A stretch of DNA of 57,119 nucleotides from a virus (IMGVR_UViG_3300033434_000383:1-57119), one strand, 5' to 3'. Positions 28,766 through 39,170 are shown, counted from the stretch's first letter. Translations and numbers: made by a program. The notes: generated from the letters alone by a model not told the origin.

Positions 28766-30228
28766 TAGCTATCACTCTCCTCTAGCGCCGTGGTCAAAGC
28801 ATCTGCGTCATATTCCAACACATTAATAATAGTTTCTGCTGGTGGGAATGGGGTCAGGTACTGATGAAAAGTAATTTTGCCATCAATTAAATCCGTTGTC
28901 GGGTTATCATCAGAAACAAATTCAATTCTGGCATCAGCCAGCTGATATTTCGCCTTATATCCATTGGCCCGGATGTTTTCGGTATCAATAATGGTATCAA
29001 TCAGGCGACGATTCATGGCACTGTCAACTTTCTGGAAATAGGTTAATATAAAAGTGTTGCCCCACCAGTCAAACATTCGCCGTACCGGAATCCAGCGGTC
29101 CTTTACATCGGTTGATGTTGGGTAAATCCCAGTGTTGTTACCCCAACATACCCAACCATTAAGATTAAGCGCAGTAATAATGCCCTTGCCATTTAAGGTA
29201 TTGCCCTGGGCCTGGTCGAGGTAAATCTCGGTTCCATCGTCCAAAACTGTGCCAGTAATATTGAAATCCTTATTTGACGGCGATACATAAGGCACGCCAT
29301 CGTTTTCATAGTCGGTATAAGCCACTAACGCGGCCAACATAGCACTCATATAAAAGGTATAATCATCGACAACCACTTTCGGCCAACAAACCAAGGCATG
29401 CTTATCATTATATGAATTGCTGTTTTTCCAAGCGTACACCGCAGAATACTCCACAACCTCAGAAGTATCAACATCCAGAATGCAGTTACAGTTATAAATT
29501 CCGTTAATGCTTTCGCAAGCGGCGATCATCGCAATGCCGACCGACGGAATATGACTCCAACCTGGTGCCAAAATAAGGCCAGGCAAAAGACCTAGTTGCG
29601 GGTACACCTGACTGATATTTTCCAGGCCGGTATACTTGCCGGTAGATGAGCTATAGCTACCAATAATATCGTCTTTATCAACCGCGGATGGGTCAAGTTT
29701 TCGGTAACTTAAAAGCAATTCCGTTGCTGAACCGATACTTCCAGCACTTAAAACCGTTAACACCACATAGCCGTCGTCATCAAAGGCCAGTGTATAATCG
29801 GTATCCTCTGTATAAGTAGTTGCACCATCTGAGCTTTGGACAACAAAATTAGCATTTATCAGTATACCTTCTTTTTCGATGGTGATAGCTCCACTGGAAA
29901 TGGTATTGGATTCACTTGTTACCGAGCTATAGTGCTTATCTGGATCAAGGACATTGACAAATATGAGCGGCGACACATTAAATACTTTGAATGAAGCATA
30001 CATGGATTGACAAAGTGTGTAGCTCTCCCAGTCGCTGGAATAACCCAGGTATTCCATAGCTTCCGAGTATTTTTCGACCAATATCGGAACATTGACTGCG
30101 CTTGATGGATCATCTAGAAGATTAATTGGCGCAGTGCCGACAATAAACTGATTCGCACTGTCGGCTGTGACCGGCGTTGTAACTGAAGTATCGTTTTCTT
30201 GGATATACACGCCATGAGTATAAGACAA
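28765..30228 (-). CDS. Tail sheath protein
   Basis: HGVY..E, GTAP.N, LILAPGWS, SPSNK, WGN.T, VRRMF. Confidence 0.92.
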   Translation of the reverse strand: MSYTHGVYIQENDTSVTTPVTADSANQFIVGTAPINLLDDPSSAVNVPILVEKYSEAMEYLGYSSDWESYTLCQSMYASFKVFNVSPLIFVNVLDPDKHYSSVTSESNTISSGAITIEKEGILINANFVVQSSDGATTYTEDTDYTLAFDDDGYVVLTVLSAGSIGSATELLLSYRKLDPSAVDKDDIIGSYSSSTGKYTGLENISQVYPQLGLLPGLILAPGWSHIPSVGIAMIAACESINGIYNCNCILDVDTSEVVEYSAVYAWKNSNSYNDKHALVCWPKVVVDDYTFYMSAMLAALVAYTDYENDGVPYVSPSNKDFNITGTVLDDGTEIYLDQAQGNTLNGKGIITALNLNGWVCWGNNTGIYPTSTDVKDRWIPVRRMFDWWGNTFILTYFQKVDSAMNRRLIDTIIDTENIRANGYKAKYQLADARIEFVSDDNPTTDLIDGKITFHQYLTPFPPAETIINVLEYDADALTTALEESDS

Positions 30229-30244
30229 ATTAAATCACTCCTCT

Positions 30245-30718
30245 CTAAGTTAAGGGGTCAACGATGGTTACTTTAGGAATGTTCCAAGTAGTTTCCACCA
30301 TCGCAAAAAATTTTGGGAAGGTATTTTCCGGGTTAAGACTCCATTTGAAAGGATATACGAGCTCAAACGGCCCAACATATTTATAGCGCATAAAATGGTT
30401 ATATATAGTCCCAATGGCATTTAATAGATCCCGGTGACCTTGGTAGTTGGTATCCTCATCCTGGATACCGATTTCAAAGCGAACATTGCATGTATTGGGT
30501 TCTTCTTCGTTTTCGTCTTGACCATCATCTACAATAACCCGGATATAGGGAAAGTACGTGATACCCGCCTGACCGGATACGTTGGGATCGGTCGCAGGTA
30601 GCCACTGTGGGCAAATTAAAAACGACGCCACTGCGCCGTCCTCGTTTTTCAAGTACCTACCCTCGAATAGTTTTTCAAGTTCAGACACCAGTTTATCCTG
30701 CAGCATTAAGGGCGTCAT
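30245..30718 (-). CDS. Tail terminator-like protein
   Basis: Synteny before the sheath; FPYI.V...G motif. Confidence 0.6.
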   Translation of the reverse strand: MTPLMLQDKLVSELEKLFEGRYLKNEDGAVASFLICPQWLPATDPNVSGQAGITYFPYIRVIVDDGQDENEEEPNTCNVRFEIGIQDEDTNYQGHRDLLNAIGTIYNHFMRYKYVGPFELVYPFKWSLNPENTFPKFFAMVETTWNIPKVTIVDPLT

Positions 30719-31284
30719 TTTCCGGCCTCCAATACCCGTTTTATTTCATGATCAAGGCGTTTTTCATAGGTTTCAAGTGATTTTCTCTCAACCACTTCCC
30801 GCGTTTTTTGATTTCCCACCATTCGTGGAATCGGAGGCCCCATTAGCCGCTTAATCGGTAGCCGCTTTTTACTTGTTCTTTCGAAAATTTTTGTACCGTT
30901 TATATTTGCAACAAAGGCATGCCGTAGCTCTTTCATACCCGGTTTCTTAGCACCTACTTTAAGTGCCGCCGGCGGATTTTTCGGGCGCGGCTGGTTCGGC
31001 GAAAATTTAAACTTATCCAATGGCATGGAGCCATCTTTGGAACACACCGAAGCTGTTAACCGGCTTTTTGATGATTTTCTAATATTGAATGTAGCACGCA
31101 CTGCTGCCGCTTTAACATAATAATTATTCCTGGCCTCTTTAACGGCCTCACTTCTGGTGGTGGTGGCCGCCCGATTTAACGCCCTTGATACAACTACAGG
31201 AGCCTGCTTAGCGTAGGCTCCTAAGTGTATATTTAGCTTCATCAGATCTTTCGTGTCAACCACCACCCGGAACATATTCGCCAT
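30715..31284 (-). CDS. Minor tail protein Z-like (tail completion)
   Basis: RALNRAA, AFVA, IF.R..K.RLPI..L.GP. Confidence 0.8.
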   Translation of the reverse strand: MANMFRVVVDTKDLMKLNIHLGAYAKQAPVVVSRALNRAATTTRSEAVKEARNNYYVKAAAVRATFNIRKSSKSRLTASVCSKDGSMPLDKFKFSPNQPRPKNPPAALKVGAKKPGMKELRHAFVANINGTKIFERTSKKRLPIKRLMGPPIPRMVGNQKTREVVERKSLETYEKRLDHEIKRVLEAGK

Positions 31285-31289
31285 TTACA

Positions 31290-31604
31290 TCACTCCGATA
31301 CCGCCAGGGTTATATAATAATCGCCTAAGTCCTCTTGAACATCAAAAACAAGATACTTCTTACCATCAAAAATCTGAACTGAGTTTACTTTTGGGCGATC
31401 ACCAAAGACACTAGCGGCAACATGGTACGATATCGTTGCCGGAAAATAAGACTCAGGATTATTTAATGATTGCTGACGTTCCTTATATAAGTCTTCGTCA
31501 ACAACCACCTTTATTTCGGTGCCGTTAATGGTATGCGCTGTGGCAAAGTCGTCGGTGCTCATCATCATGGCTAGATCATCCGCTAAATAATCACTTAATG
31601 CCAT
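31290..31604 (-). CDS. Head-tail joining protein
   Basis: D...F..HTING...VVVD; synteny. Confidence 0.6.
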   Translation of the reverse strand: MALSDYLADDLAMMMSTDDFATAHTINGTEIKVVVDEDLYKERQQSLNNPESYFPATISYHVAASVFGDRPKVNSVQIFDGKKYLVFDVQEDLGDYYITLAVSE

Positions 31605-31606
31605 GA

Positions 31607-31888
31607 TTACTTCCCGCTAACAACAACGTCATCAACATTTAATTTTATTTCATCCGTCACATCCGTGGTAGCAGCATTAATTTTGCTTGTTTTCTGAGAT
31701 TTTTCATTTGTTTCGGCAGTTGATATTTCGGCCGAACTATATTCCTGTATAGTTTCGCTAACGATTATTTCACAAACACCCATTGAAACCAGACGGGCCT
31801 CCTCTTTATCAGATAAGCCCGTAATTGTCTCGCTAACAGAATGAAATTTTCCGCCAGCCTTAACCATTCCTTTTATTACCTTTATCAT
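31607..31888 (-). CDS. Head-associated hypothetical protein
   Basis: G.TI..LS..EEARLV..GV motif directly after the capsid gene. Confidence 0.55.
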   Translation of the reverse strand: MIKVIKGMVKAGGKFHSVSETITGLSDKEEARLVSMGVCEIIVSETIQEYSSAEISTAETNEKSQKTSKINAATTDVTDEIKLNVDDVVVSGK

Positions 31889-31896
31889 GTAATCAC

Positions 31897-32937
31897 CTAC
31901 AATACTGTGGCAACAAGCCAGTCGTCAACATCTTCTGGCACCGGAAGCGGTCTAGCACTAATCCGGACCATCTTTACATCATTATTAATATCTACCCAGT
32001 TTTTCGGTACCCGTGGAGCATCATAAGTAACAAATCCTTCGCCGTCGATCTGAGTAATTGCTCCGTAAAGACGTTTACCCATATTAGGAGTACCCATAAT
32101 GATTGTACCTGATGGCAACATCGCCGTTTCATTACCGTCATCGTCAATAAACCACTCATCATACGTGTACACTTGCAAGTCTAGGTCAGTAATATATGTT
32201 ACCATAGTAACCGCATCATCCTTAATTAGCGGCTGAACAGTCCCTAGATTAAAACGCATAGTGTCAAAAATTTCCTTGATAGCAGAGTTACCAATAAAAG
32301 CCTCATACACGTCTGACGCCATAACGACAACTTTTGGAGCCCGACCAGTGGCTTTAATAATCTTAAGCCGCCATTCCCTTAAATCACCGTGTATATCAGC
32401 AGCATCAGCAGACCACAAATCGGTGTCAGTTAAGGTAACGGTATTGGTAAAGCTGTAATCAACTACTTGTTCAATATAATTGTCGGTGCTATCGATTAGA
32501 CCATTCATAGTAATTTTACCGTTAAGCAATAGCTCTCGGCATTGCCATTCTTCTCTCCTGGTAATAAATTCATCAAGCTCAACTAAATCTTTGGCAAAAA
32601 GCTCGGCAGCCCGTTGTTCAGGAGTTTTAGCACTATAGATTGTTTCACCAATAATACGCGACTTAATATCTTCAGCCGTCATGATCCGCTGCGGTGCAAT
32701 TTTCGGCACTTTATAGTTTCTAGTCGAAAATCCTTGACGGTCCATAGTTATCCCGCCAACCATTGGTGCCACAAACGGGGCCATTTTACGCTTACCTTTT
32801 TTGAAATCTACATCAATGTCTTCTGTAACAAAAGTTTCAACCCGATTAAAAAAGGTATCACGCAAAAAAGTCCTAGCAGGCTTCATTCTTTCAATGGCCT
32901 GCATCATTGTTCTAGTATCATACAATTCAATTCCCAT
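31897..32937 (-). CDS. Major capsid protein (lambda gpE family)
   Basis: TFLRDTFF, R.MAPFVAP, RREEW.C, SARPLPVP. Confidence 0.92.
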   Translation of the reverse strand: MGIELYDTRTMMQAIERMKPARTFLRDTFFNRVETFVTEDIDVDFKKGKRKMAPFVAPMVGGITMDRQGFSTRNYKVPKIAPQRIMTAEDIKSRIIGETIYSAKTPEQRAAELFAKDLVELDEFITRREEWQCRELLLNGKITMNGLIDSTDNYIEQVVDYSFTNTVTLTDTDLWSADAADIHGDLREWRLKIIKATGRAPKVVVMASDVYEAFIGNSAIKEIFDTMRFNLGTVQPLIKDDAVTMVTYITDLDLQVYTYDEWFIDDDGNETAMLPSGTIIMGTPNMGKRLYGAITQIDGEGFVTYDAPRVPKNWVDINNDVKMVRISARPLPVPEDVDDWLVATVL

Positions 32938-32954
32938 TTATTTTATAGCCTCCT

Positions 32955-33335
32955 TTAGGATTCAATATTTTCTTTAAGATATATTCCATATTGCCGTAAA
33001 CTGTCGGCGTGATCACTGGCGGTATCAGTACTACCAAACACCAATGCAGCACTGTTAAACTCCCCTGAACTATATGCTTGGGCAATAACATCGGCACTGG
33101 TTGCATCAATGTCCTCCGCCAGAATGTACTTTGCGTTCTGGGAACCATCAGTGGCAGTGCTGACAACTAAATTTGCCTTACCGCCATCGGTGATAATCCC
33201 CAAAACACTGCCACGGGCTAGCTCACCCTGACCTGATGCAACTGTTACCCCGGCAAGTACGATTGGAACGGCAGTTCCGGCGGTCAAGTTGTCAGGCGTA
33301 TATGATCCCAACGAACTGTATAATGCTTCACTCAT
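32955..33335 (-). CDS. Head decoration protein (lambda gpD-like)
   Basis: G.L.RGSVLG, ILAED.D, Y.SGEFN..AL, LR..GIYL. Confidence 0.85.
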   Translation of the reverse strand: MSEALYSSLGSYTPDNLTAGTAVPIVLAGVTVASGQGELARGSVLGIITDGGKANLVVSTATDGSQNAKYILAEDIDATSADVIAQAYSSGEFNSAALVFGSTDTASDHADSLRQYGIYLKENIES

Positions 33336-33341
33336 TCTTAA

Positions 33342-34472
33342 TTACCCCCTTAATTTATTTACTGCGTCAACAATAGAGTTGACCGTTTTCTCTTGCTTAG
33401 CTTGCTTTGCAGTTTCGTCCACATTGACGCCATCTGTCGGAATGGACGTTACGTTTTTAACTCCAGATACGTCAGAATCTTGCTGTGCATTTTTCAAATA
33501 CTCGGTCCCCCTTTGGGACTGCAAAACAGCGTTTTGAAATGCAAGCTTTTCGGCCTCCATTGGCTCGCTGAATTTAGCTTTGTTTAAGAGTTCTGGGTCA
33601 ATGATATTGGCAATCTGCTCAATATCTTGTATCCTTTTACGCTCTTGAGCCACCGCGCCAATCTCTATCTGATCTACAAAATCAGGATAAATTTTTCGTA
33701 AATCATCAGCATTTTTAATTTCCACTACTGTGTCCTCCTCGTTTTTTTGTATATTCGCAGCAGGTTCCATTGGAGGTTCCTGCGATGCAACAAAGTTTCT
33801 GGTAACCTCGAAGAATCTTTTCATTGAGTCGTTAGAGGCATTTTTTATTGCCAGCCGATTAAAGATTAAATTCGTGATATTCTCCTGCTCCCCATAGAGC
33901 ATTTCCGTAGCAAACCCTTCCCTGATAGCTGTGCTTGCGCTCATGTAGGTTTCTTGATCCATCATGTCAGAAATCTTCTCGCGGTCCAAGCCTGTACCAA
34001 GCTGATAGGCATTGATAATAGTATCTTTAACCACATCCAATACATCGGCGGACTTTCTAAGATCGGAAGCATAACCATAAGAGCTCGTTAATGGATTATG
34101 CATCATAAAAATGCCGCCTGGCGTGATTTTTCGTTTGTCACCCGCCATAAAAGGTATTGTGGCCGCGCTCATTGCTTTACCGTCGATTATTGTATTTACT
34201 GCTGCCCCGGTGTTTTTGTGCTCCATCAAGGCATTGTAGATACCTGTTCCTGCAAATACGCTTCCTCCATAGCTATCTATCCAAACGTCAATGTTCTTAC
34301 CAGCATGCTGTGCTAACTCTGTTCGGAACGCATTCGGCGAGGCAGCTTGCATACCAAACCATTCATACAACCAAGCGTCATCATCTTCGATAATGTCGCC
34401 GCTAATTCGAAGTATGACCTGATTAAGATCAGAGTTTCTTTCGAAATTCCAGAACTTACTCACTTGTCCCAC
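33342..34472 (-). CDS. ClpP-type prohead protease with scaffold-like C-terminus
   Basis: I.S.GGSV, AMSAAT (Ser), MMHNP (His), ETYMSA; ERKRIQDIE tail. Confidence 0.9.
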   Translation of the reverse strand: MGQVSKFWNFERNSDLNQVILRISGDIIEDDDAWLYEWFGMQAASPNAFRTELAQHAGKNIDVWIDSYGGSVFAGTGIYNALMEHKNTGAAVNTIIDGKAMSAATIPFMAGDKRKITPGGIFMMHNPLTSSYGYASDLRKSADVLDVVKDTIINAYQLGTGLDREKISDMMDQETYMSASTAIREGFATEMLYGEQENITNLIFNRLAIKNASNDSMKRFFEVTRNFVASQEPPMEPAANIQKNEEDTVVEIKNADDLRKIYPDFVDQIEIGAVAQERKRIQDIEQIANIIDPELLNKAKFSEPMEAEKLAFQNAVLQSQRGTEYLKNAQQDSDVSGVKNVTSIPTDGVNVDETAKQAKQEKTVNSIVDAVNKLRG

Positions 34473-36096
34473 TGGTCATTCCCCCTTTCGGTTCCTTTAA
34501 CTCCTCCATAAATCCCGCCCCCTTAATTTTCTGGTTTTCTATTTTGGCTTGCTCGATATTATCATCAAAGCTTCCCCCTGTTAGTGCAGTTGTCTCCTGC
34601 TCACGCGTACTAAATCCGTTTTCCACCCGAAGGGCCGCGGCTTCAACTTCTTTTACAGGGTCAAGTTGGCCTTGTGTCGGCCCGATCCACTCTGCTTTAC
34701 ACCAAGCTGCCTTGACTAACGGATCAATAAAAAAACCTGGAGCTTTAATGCGCCCGATTGCAACGGCCTCGGATAACCAAAGCTCATAAAGCGGTTGGCA
34801 AAAGTCACTGTCAAAAAAGGCCCGGTCGACTTTTATTGTCTTCCAAGCCTCCAAAAGCGCGGCCCGACTTGCTGAATATGACGCGGTGAACGACTTCATT
34901 AAGAGTTCATAGGGCACCTCTAGCGCCGCGCCAATTGTTTTAGCCATTGTTGCAATGAATCCCTCAAAACCACTCGCTGGGCGTTTAGGGTCGGCCATAA
35001 TTACGTCTTCGCCCGGTTGCAGAATATTAAAGGTACCTGGGCCAAGCTCAAAATCTCCAGCGGCTGGCGGTGCATACGGAGTTGATTCACCAGTAATCTC
35101 GCCAGTGAAGGGATCAACATTAGTCGGGAGCGTTGTTTTAATAAATGCTGTAAAGAACGACTGAACAACTGCGGCCATGAGTTCAGCCTCGGTGTATCGC
35201 GTAATTTGTTTTAGTTGCTCGATCACTGGTGCTAAAAACGGAACGCCACGATATTGTTCGCAGCGCTCTGAATCAAATAAATGCAGTATATTCGGGTTGC
35301 CAGTCTTAGACCCATAGGCTTCGACTCGTTCCCACTTACGTTCTGTCCCATCTAAGGTACTGTTTAGATATTGATTGCACACCCAGTAAGCAACAACGCC
35401 GCCGTCAGTATTGACTTCAACGCCATTATAGATATAATTGCCTGTCTTATTATTTTTGCCAACAGTATAGTTCGACGTTCCAAGTAGTGAAGTACCATCG
35501 GTTGCCGAGGTATTGGGAGTTGTTACCCTATCACCTTCGATTAAATAAATTTTTAGGCCATAAGGCATCCATGATGTAGGTTTTTCGTACTTGATGAGTG
35601 CAAAACAGTCACCGTTTAGCTTCCAGGACCCGAACGCCAACGGTTGAAGTTCATAAAAATTATTGAGTTTCAAAGAATCAATATGCTTTGACTTAGCAAA
35701 CAGTTCGAATTCCCGTTCAATATTTGCCTCCATATGGGCAGCTCGTTCCTGCGTTAAACCGAGGAACTTATAATCAATCCGACTTTTTAACCTCAGCCCA
35801 GCTCCAATTGCATTGGTTTTCTTGGTTTTAAGCGCCGAAACTGCTAGCGGTGAGGACATAATTAAATCCCTGGACCGCTGACGCAATGTGTGGAGATGCG
35901 GATCAATATCTTCTCGGGCAGTTCGGCTATTAGCCCGCCAACCACGCATAGATTTTTTAGTATGACTCGCTCCACTTTGGTCATAACCGCTATTTGAAAA
36001 CTTTTGTAATGATTCCAGCTTAAACCGGTCAATTTCGCGGGCCAATGCCTTACGTGGATTTACCGCTTTATAGAAATAATCAATAATATTCACCAA
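34456..36096 (-). CDS. Portal protein, lambda family
   Basis: LRQRSRDL, R.EQ.RGVP.LAPV, SYSASRAALLE, DPVKE..A. Confidence 0.93.
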   Translation of the reverse strand: MVNIIDYFYKAVNPRKALAREIDRFKLESLQKFSNSGYDQSGASHTKKSMRGWRANSRTAREDIDPHLHTLRQRSRDLIMSSPLAVSALKTKKTNAIGAGLRLKSRIDYKFLGLTQERAAHMEANIEREFELFAKSKHIDSLKLNNFYELQPLAFGSWKLNGDCFALIKYEKPTSWMPYGLKIYLIEGDRVTTPNTSATDGTSLLGTSNYTVGKNNKTGNYIYNGVEVNTDGGVVAYWVCNQYLNSTLDGTERKWERVEAYGSKTGNPNILHLFDSERCEQYRGVPFLAPVIEQLKQITRYTEAELMAAVVQSFFTAFIKTTLPTNVDPFTGEITGESTPYAPPAAGDFELGPGTFNILQPGEDVIMADPKRPASGFEGFIATMAKTIGAALEVPYELLMKSFTASYSASRAALLEAWKTIKVDRAFFDSDFCQPLYELWLSEAVAIGRIKAPGFFIDPLVKAAWCKAEWIGPTQGQLDPVKEVEAAALRVENGFSTREQETTALTGGSFDDNIEQAKIENQKIKGAGFMEELKEPKGGMTSGTSE

Positions 36097-36105
36097 ATCA
36101 CCACC

Positions 36106-36345
36106 TTAAAAATCCACCGGAATGTATTGCCCCCGGAGTCTTCGTCCGCGGCCGACCGCCTGAGCAGTTAGTTCTTCAACGGCGTTTTCCAAGTTGGTAA
36201 TGGCAGTCCGAATCTCGCCCAAATCCGCTCTTGTTAAGCTTCGGGTCCCTATTTTGTATGACTGGCCACTTAAAACGGCCATTTCGGCATCATAATAGGC
36301 CGATAAACGTGTTTTTGCTCTAGCTAACCGATCTGAAACCGACAT
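36106..36345 (-). CDS. gpW-like head completion protein
   Basis: AE.AVL.GQSY.IG.R.LTRADL. Confidence 0.75.
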   Translation of the reverse strand: MSVSDRLARAKTRLSAYYDAEMAVLSGQSYKIGTRSLTRADLGEIRTAITNLENAVEELTAQAVGRGRRLRGQYIPVDF

Positions 36346-36361
36346 GTTCTCACCTCACTGG

Positions 36362-38206
36362 TTAATAACTCAAACCGGATTTTAATACTCGGCTGGTTTG
36401 CGTTTGCTTTTTACTCTTTTGCGCGGGGTTTACCTCTGAATTTTTGCTCTCAATCAGGCGTTTTTCAATAACATCCCAGTTTATCGGCAATAATTGAAAA
36501 GCCGCCTGCGCATAATTTCTTACGTCAAGCGGCTCATTTCTACGGTCTGATCCGATTTTTTCCCAGACAATTTTAAGCTGTCGGCCGACTTTCTTAGTCG
36601 ATTGCCGCTCCGACAGTAACCCTTTAAAATAAATTTGGTCATAACCTCTTCTCTCATCAAATGGATAATGACAATATCCATCGCCCGGCTGCTTAATCTG
36701 CAGTCTTGATAATACACGTGCCTTACCGCCATCTACTCCAAGGTTAAAGTATAAGGCATTTTCTTTTTTACTTCGCCCTTTGCTATAAATCAGTGGAATG
36801 CCTGCTCCGCCTTTGCCTCGAATGGCAAATATTTTACGGTGTTCATTCGCTCGGCAGAAATTGTATACATCGCTGGTATAATGGCCGCCGGAATCAATGA
36901 AAGTACAAGCAATTTTAAGCCCTGCACCGGAAGCAAAATAAAAAATCGCGTCAAGTTTATCGCTTAACGCTTGCCAGGTAGTCGCCTGATCCGGGTTACC
37001 CATAACCAAGCCGTATTCAATCCCCCAAGACTGTTCTCCCCGCCCCCAGCCGACTACTTCATACTCTAGCCGGTCGTCCTGAGTATCTACCCCCGCGGTT
37101 AAGAGCAATACTCCATCCGGCAAATCGGCCCCATAATCCTCGCGGCGGTCTAACAGGTACGCATATTCATTAGCATTAATGTTTTCTTCCCATACCTCAC
37201 CAAGCACGGTGTTTCTAAACACCATATGCTGTTCAGGATCACCTTTTACCTTCAGATATTTTAAAACAATATCTTCCCACAGCCAGCCAGGTGAAACAAA
37301 GGCATTCCAGTGAAAACTTCTAACCCTTTCAGCTCCTGGATTATAGGCAACCCAATGGCCTTCTTGACGGGCCCATTCGCTTTGTCCAAAACTTTTTAGG
37401 CAATCAGGACATTGATAAACCACGTTAGACACCGAGTAGTTGCCCTGGTTGTCTTTAACGTGGTCAAATTTCAGTCCATTCCAGTTAATATATTGAGGCT
37501 TCTTGCAGTGCGGACACTCTTTTTCCCACTTTTCCTGTGTCCCAGCATTATACTCCACCTCAATACGTGAGGATTCTTTTTTGGTCGGCGTGGAAACATA
37601 AATGGTTTTGTTTCCCGGAAAAGTTGTAGTCCGTCGATCAGCCAGCTCCAGCGCATCGCCTTCACTGGTTGGCAACATACCGTCAATTTCATCGGCAATT
37701 ACTATTTTTATTGGCTTACTGGATATTACCCTTGGGCTATTAGAACCGACTAAATTCAAACTGCCACCAGGAAACATTTTTAGTTGAATGGTATTGTTGG
37801 AATCACGGCTTTTTGATTCGTGAATCTTTTGTTTTAAAGCTGGAGTATCCCGAATCAAAGGTGCTAACCGGCGCTTAGAATAGTCCTGTGCAAGTTCAAC
37901 CGTTGGCTCAATAAACAGAATCGGGCAAGGATCAATGTCTACATAGTATCCAAAGATAATATTAACGATAACGTTTTTCCCGCCTTGGGATGAACTTTTT
38001 ATTATAATTTTATCGATATTAGGATCAACAACAGCGTCAATAATCTCTTTTTGGTAAGGCACCGAGTCACTGCGCCACTTGCCGGGAGCAAAACCAGACT
38101 CGTTTATAACCAGATTCTGTTCTGCCCACTCACTCGGCTTTATGTCTGGCGGCGGAGCGGCAGCTTTAGCTATTTTCTGAAATAAGGTTATTGTTATTGG
38201 ATCCAT
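36362..38206 (-). CDS. terL: Terminase large subunit (lambda gpA family)
   Basis: PYQ.EI.D, S.Q.GK Walker A variant, ADEID, STPT, CPHC..CPDC, GVDTQ, DSGG, RNE.LD. Confidence 0.95.
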   Translation of the reverse strand: MDPITITLFQKIAKAAAPPPDIKPSEWAEQNLVINESGFAPGKWRSDSVPYQKEIIDAVVDPNIDKIIIKSSSQGGKNVIVNIIFGYYVDIDPCPILFIEPTVELAQDYSKRRLAPLIRDTPALKQKIHESKSRDSNNTIQLKMFPGGSLNLVGSNSPRVISSKPIKIVIADEIDGMLPTSEGDALELADRRTTTFPGNKTIYVSTPTKKESSRIEVEYNAGTQEKWEKECPHCKKPQYINWNGLKFDHVKDNQGNYSVSNVVYQCPDCLKSFGQSEWARQEGHWVAYNPGAERVRSFHWNAFVSPGWLWEDIVLKYLKVKGDPEQHMVFRNTVLGEVWEENINANEYAYLLDRREDYGADLPDGVLLLTAGVDTQDDRLEYEVVGWGRGEQSWGIEYGLVMGNPDQATTWQALSDKLDAIFYFASGAGLKIACTFIDSGGHYTSDVYNFCRANEHRKIFAIRGKGGAGIPLIYSKGRSKKENALYFNLGVDGGKARVLSRLQIKQPGDGYCHYPFDERRGYDQIYFKGLLSERQSTKKVGRQLKIVWEKIGSDRRNEPLDVRNYAQAAFQLLPINWDVIEKRLIESKNSEVNPAQKSKKQTQTSRVLKSGLSY

Positions 38207-38687
38207 GTTTGTCTACCTCATGTTCACATCCTCCAAATCGTTCAGGATTATACCCGGATAGTTCGGTTAACGCAATTTTTAATTCGCTTGTTAGTATTTG
38301 AATAATCTCAGGTATGTTTTTGTTCTCCACTTTTGATGCAGCAGTAGCTGGCACACCAAGAATTCGATTTCGAAATGTAACCAACATATCTGTCAGGATG
38401 AGTTCAACATCTTTCCCCCAATGCAGTTCATTTTTCATTTGCTGCAAAAGTAGTTCTGACTTCTCTCTTTTTGCTTTTTCATGCAAAGCTCGCTCACGCT
38501 CAAGATCGGCTTTATAGTCCACATCCAGCAACATATCCCGGTAATAGGCCTCAACACATTTTACTACATCAAACTTCCCATTTAGCTCTCTATCAAAAGT
38601 CTGCTTTTCAGCAACTATTTGATTGACCCTGCGCTCAGATATACCAAGGATTTCAGCCAGTTCTCTAGCAGTTATTAATTTGGCCAT
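38166..38687 (-). CDS. terS: Terminase small subunit (Nu1-like)
   Basis: N-terminal HTH ELAEILGISERRVNQ; coiled coil; overlaps terL. Confidence 0.85.
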   Translation of the reverse strand: MAKLITARELAEILGISERRVNQIVAEKQTFDRELNGKFDVVKCVEAYYRDMLLDVDYKADLERERALHEKAKREKSELLLQQMKNELHWGKDVELILTDMLVTFRNRILGVPATAASKVENKNIPEIIQILTSELKIALTELSGYNPERFGGCEHEVDKHGSNNNNLISENS

Positions 38688-38741
38688 TTTTTACCCCCTT
38701 CGGAAGGAAGTCGCCTAAAGAAATTTTGTACCTAGAAAACT

Positions 38742-38792
38742 TTCGGGGGTCTGAAGCCTCCGCAAACAGTGTAAACACCCGGAAGTACCTAC
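38742..38792 (-). other. Probable cos site (cosQ/cosN-like)
   Basis: Minus strand TAGGTACTTCCGGG..TGCGGAGGCTTCAGACCCCCGA just upstream of terS, resembling lambda-type cosQ plus cosN. Confidence 0.55.
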
Positions 38793-38825
38793 GAAATCTA
38801 GACATTGCCAGCATGCACCACTTAT

Positions 38826-38854
38826 CACTACGACATAGTAGTCAGCATATTATG
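38826..38854 (+). promoter_or_regulatory. Sigma-K-like promoter
   Basis: AC-N17-CATATTATG fits the AC-N16/17-CATAnnnT consensus. Confidence 0.35.
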
Positions 38855-38897
38855 TAATGGCTGTAATAGCCGCACAGCTATGAAAGGTGGTACTTAT

Positions 38898-39134
38898 ATG
38901 TATCGCGAATGGGAAGATCCCGACATAGAAGACTATATGGCAAGTGATCATTACGCGCCACAATATCATCCTCGTATATGTTTACCTCTTCAATGCTCTC
39001 CAAGACAATGCAATCCACAACACTGCCGTCCGTTCGATTGCTATCCTAAACACTGCTATCCTGCTAACCAGTGTTATCCTGGTCAATGCTATCCTACATG
39101 GAAGTGCTCACCAGTTGTATGCTTCCCGCGTTAA
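38898..39134 (+). CDS. 78-aa Cys/Pro-repeat peptide (10 x CxP)
   Basis: AAAGGTGG RBS; acidic leader then CLPLQ CSPRQ CNPQH CRPFD CYPKH CYPANQ CYPGQ CYPTWK CSPVV CFPR. Confidence 0.75.
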   Translation: MYREWEDPDIEDYMASDHYAPQYHPRICLPLQCSPRQCNPQHCRPFDCYPKHCYPANQCYPGQCYPTWKCSPVVCFPR

Positions 39135-39170
39135 TTATATCTATTATTGTTGAGTATAAATAAAACCGCC

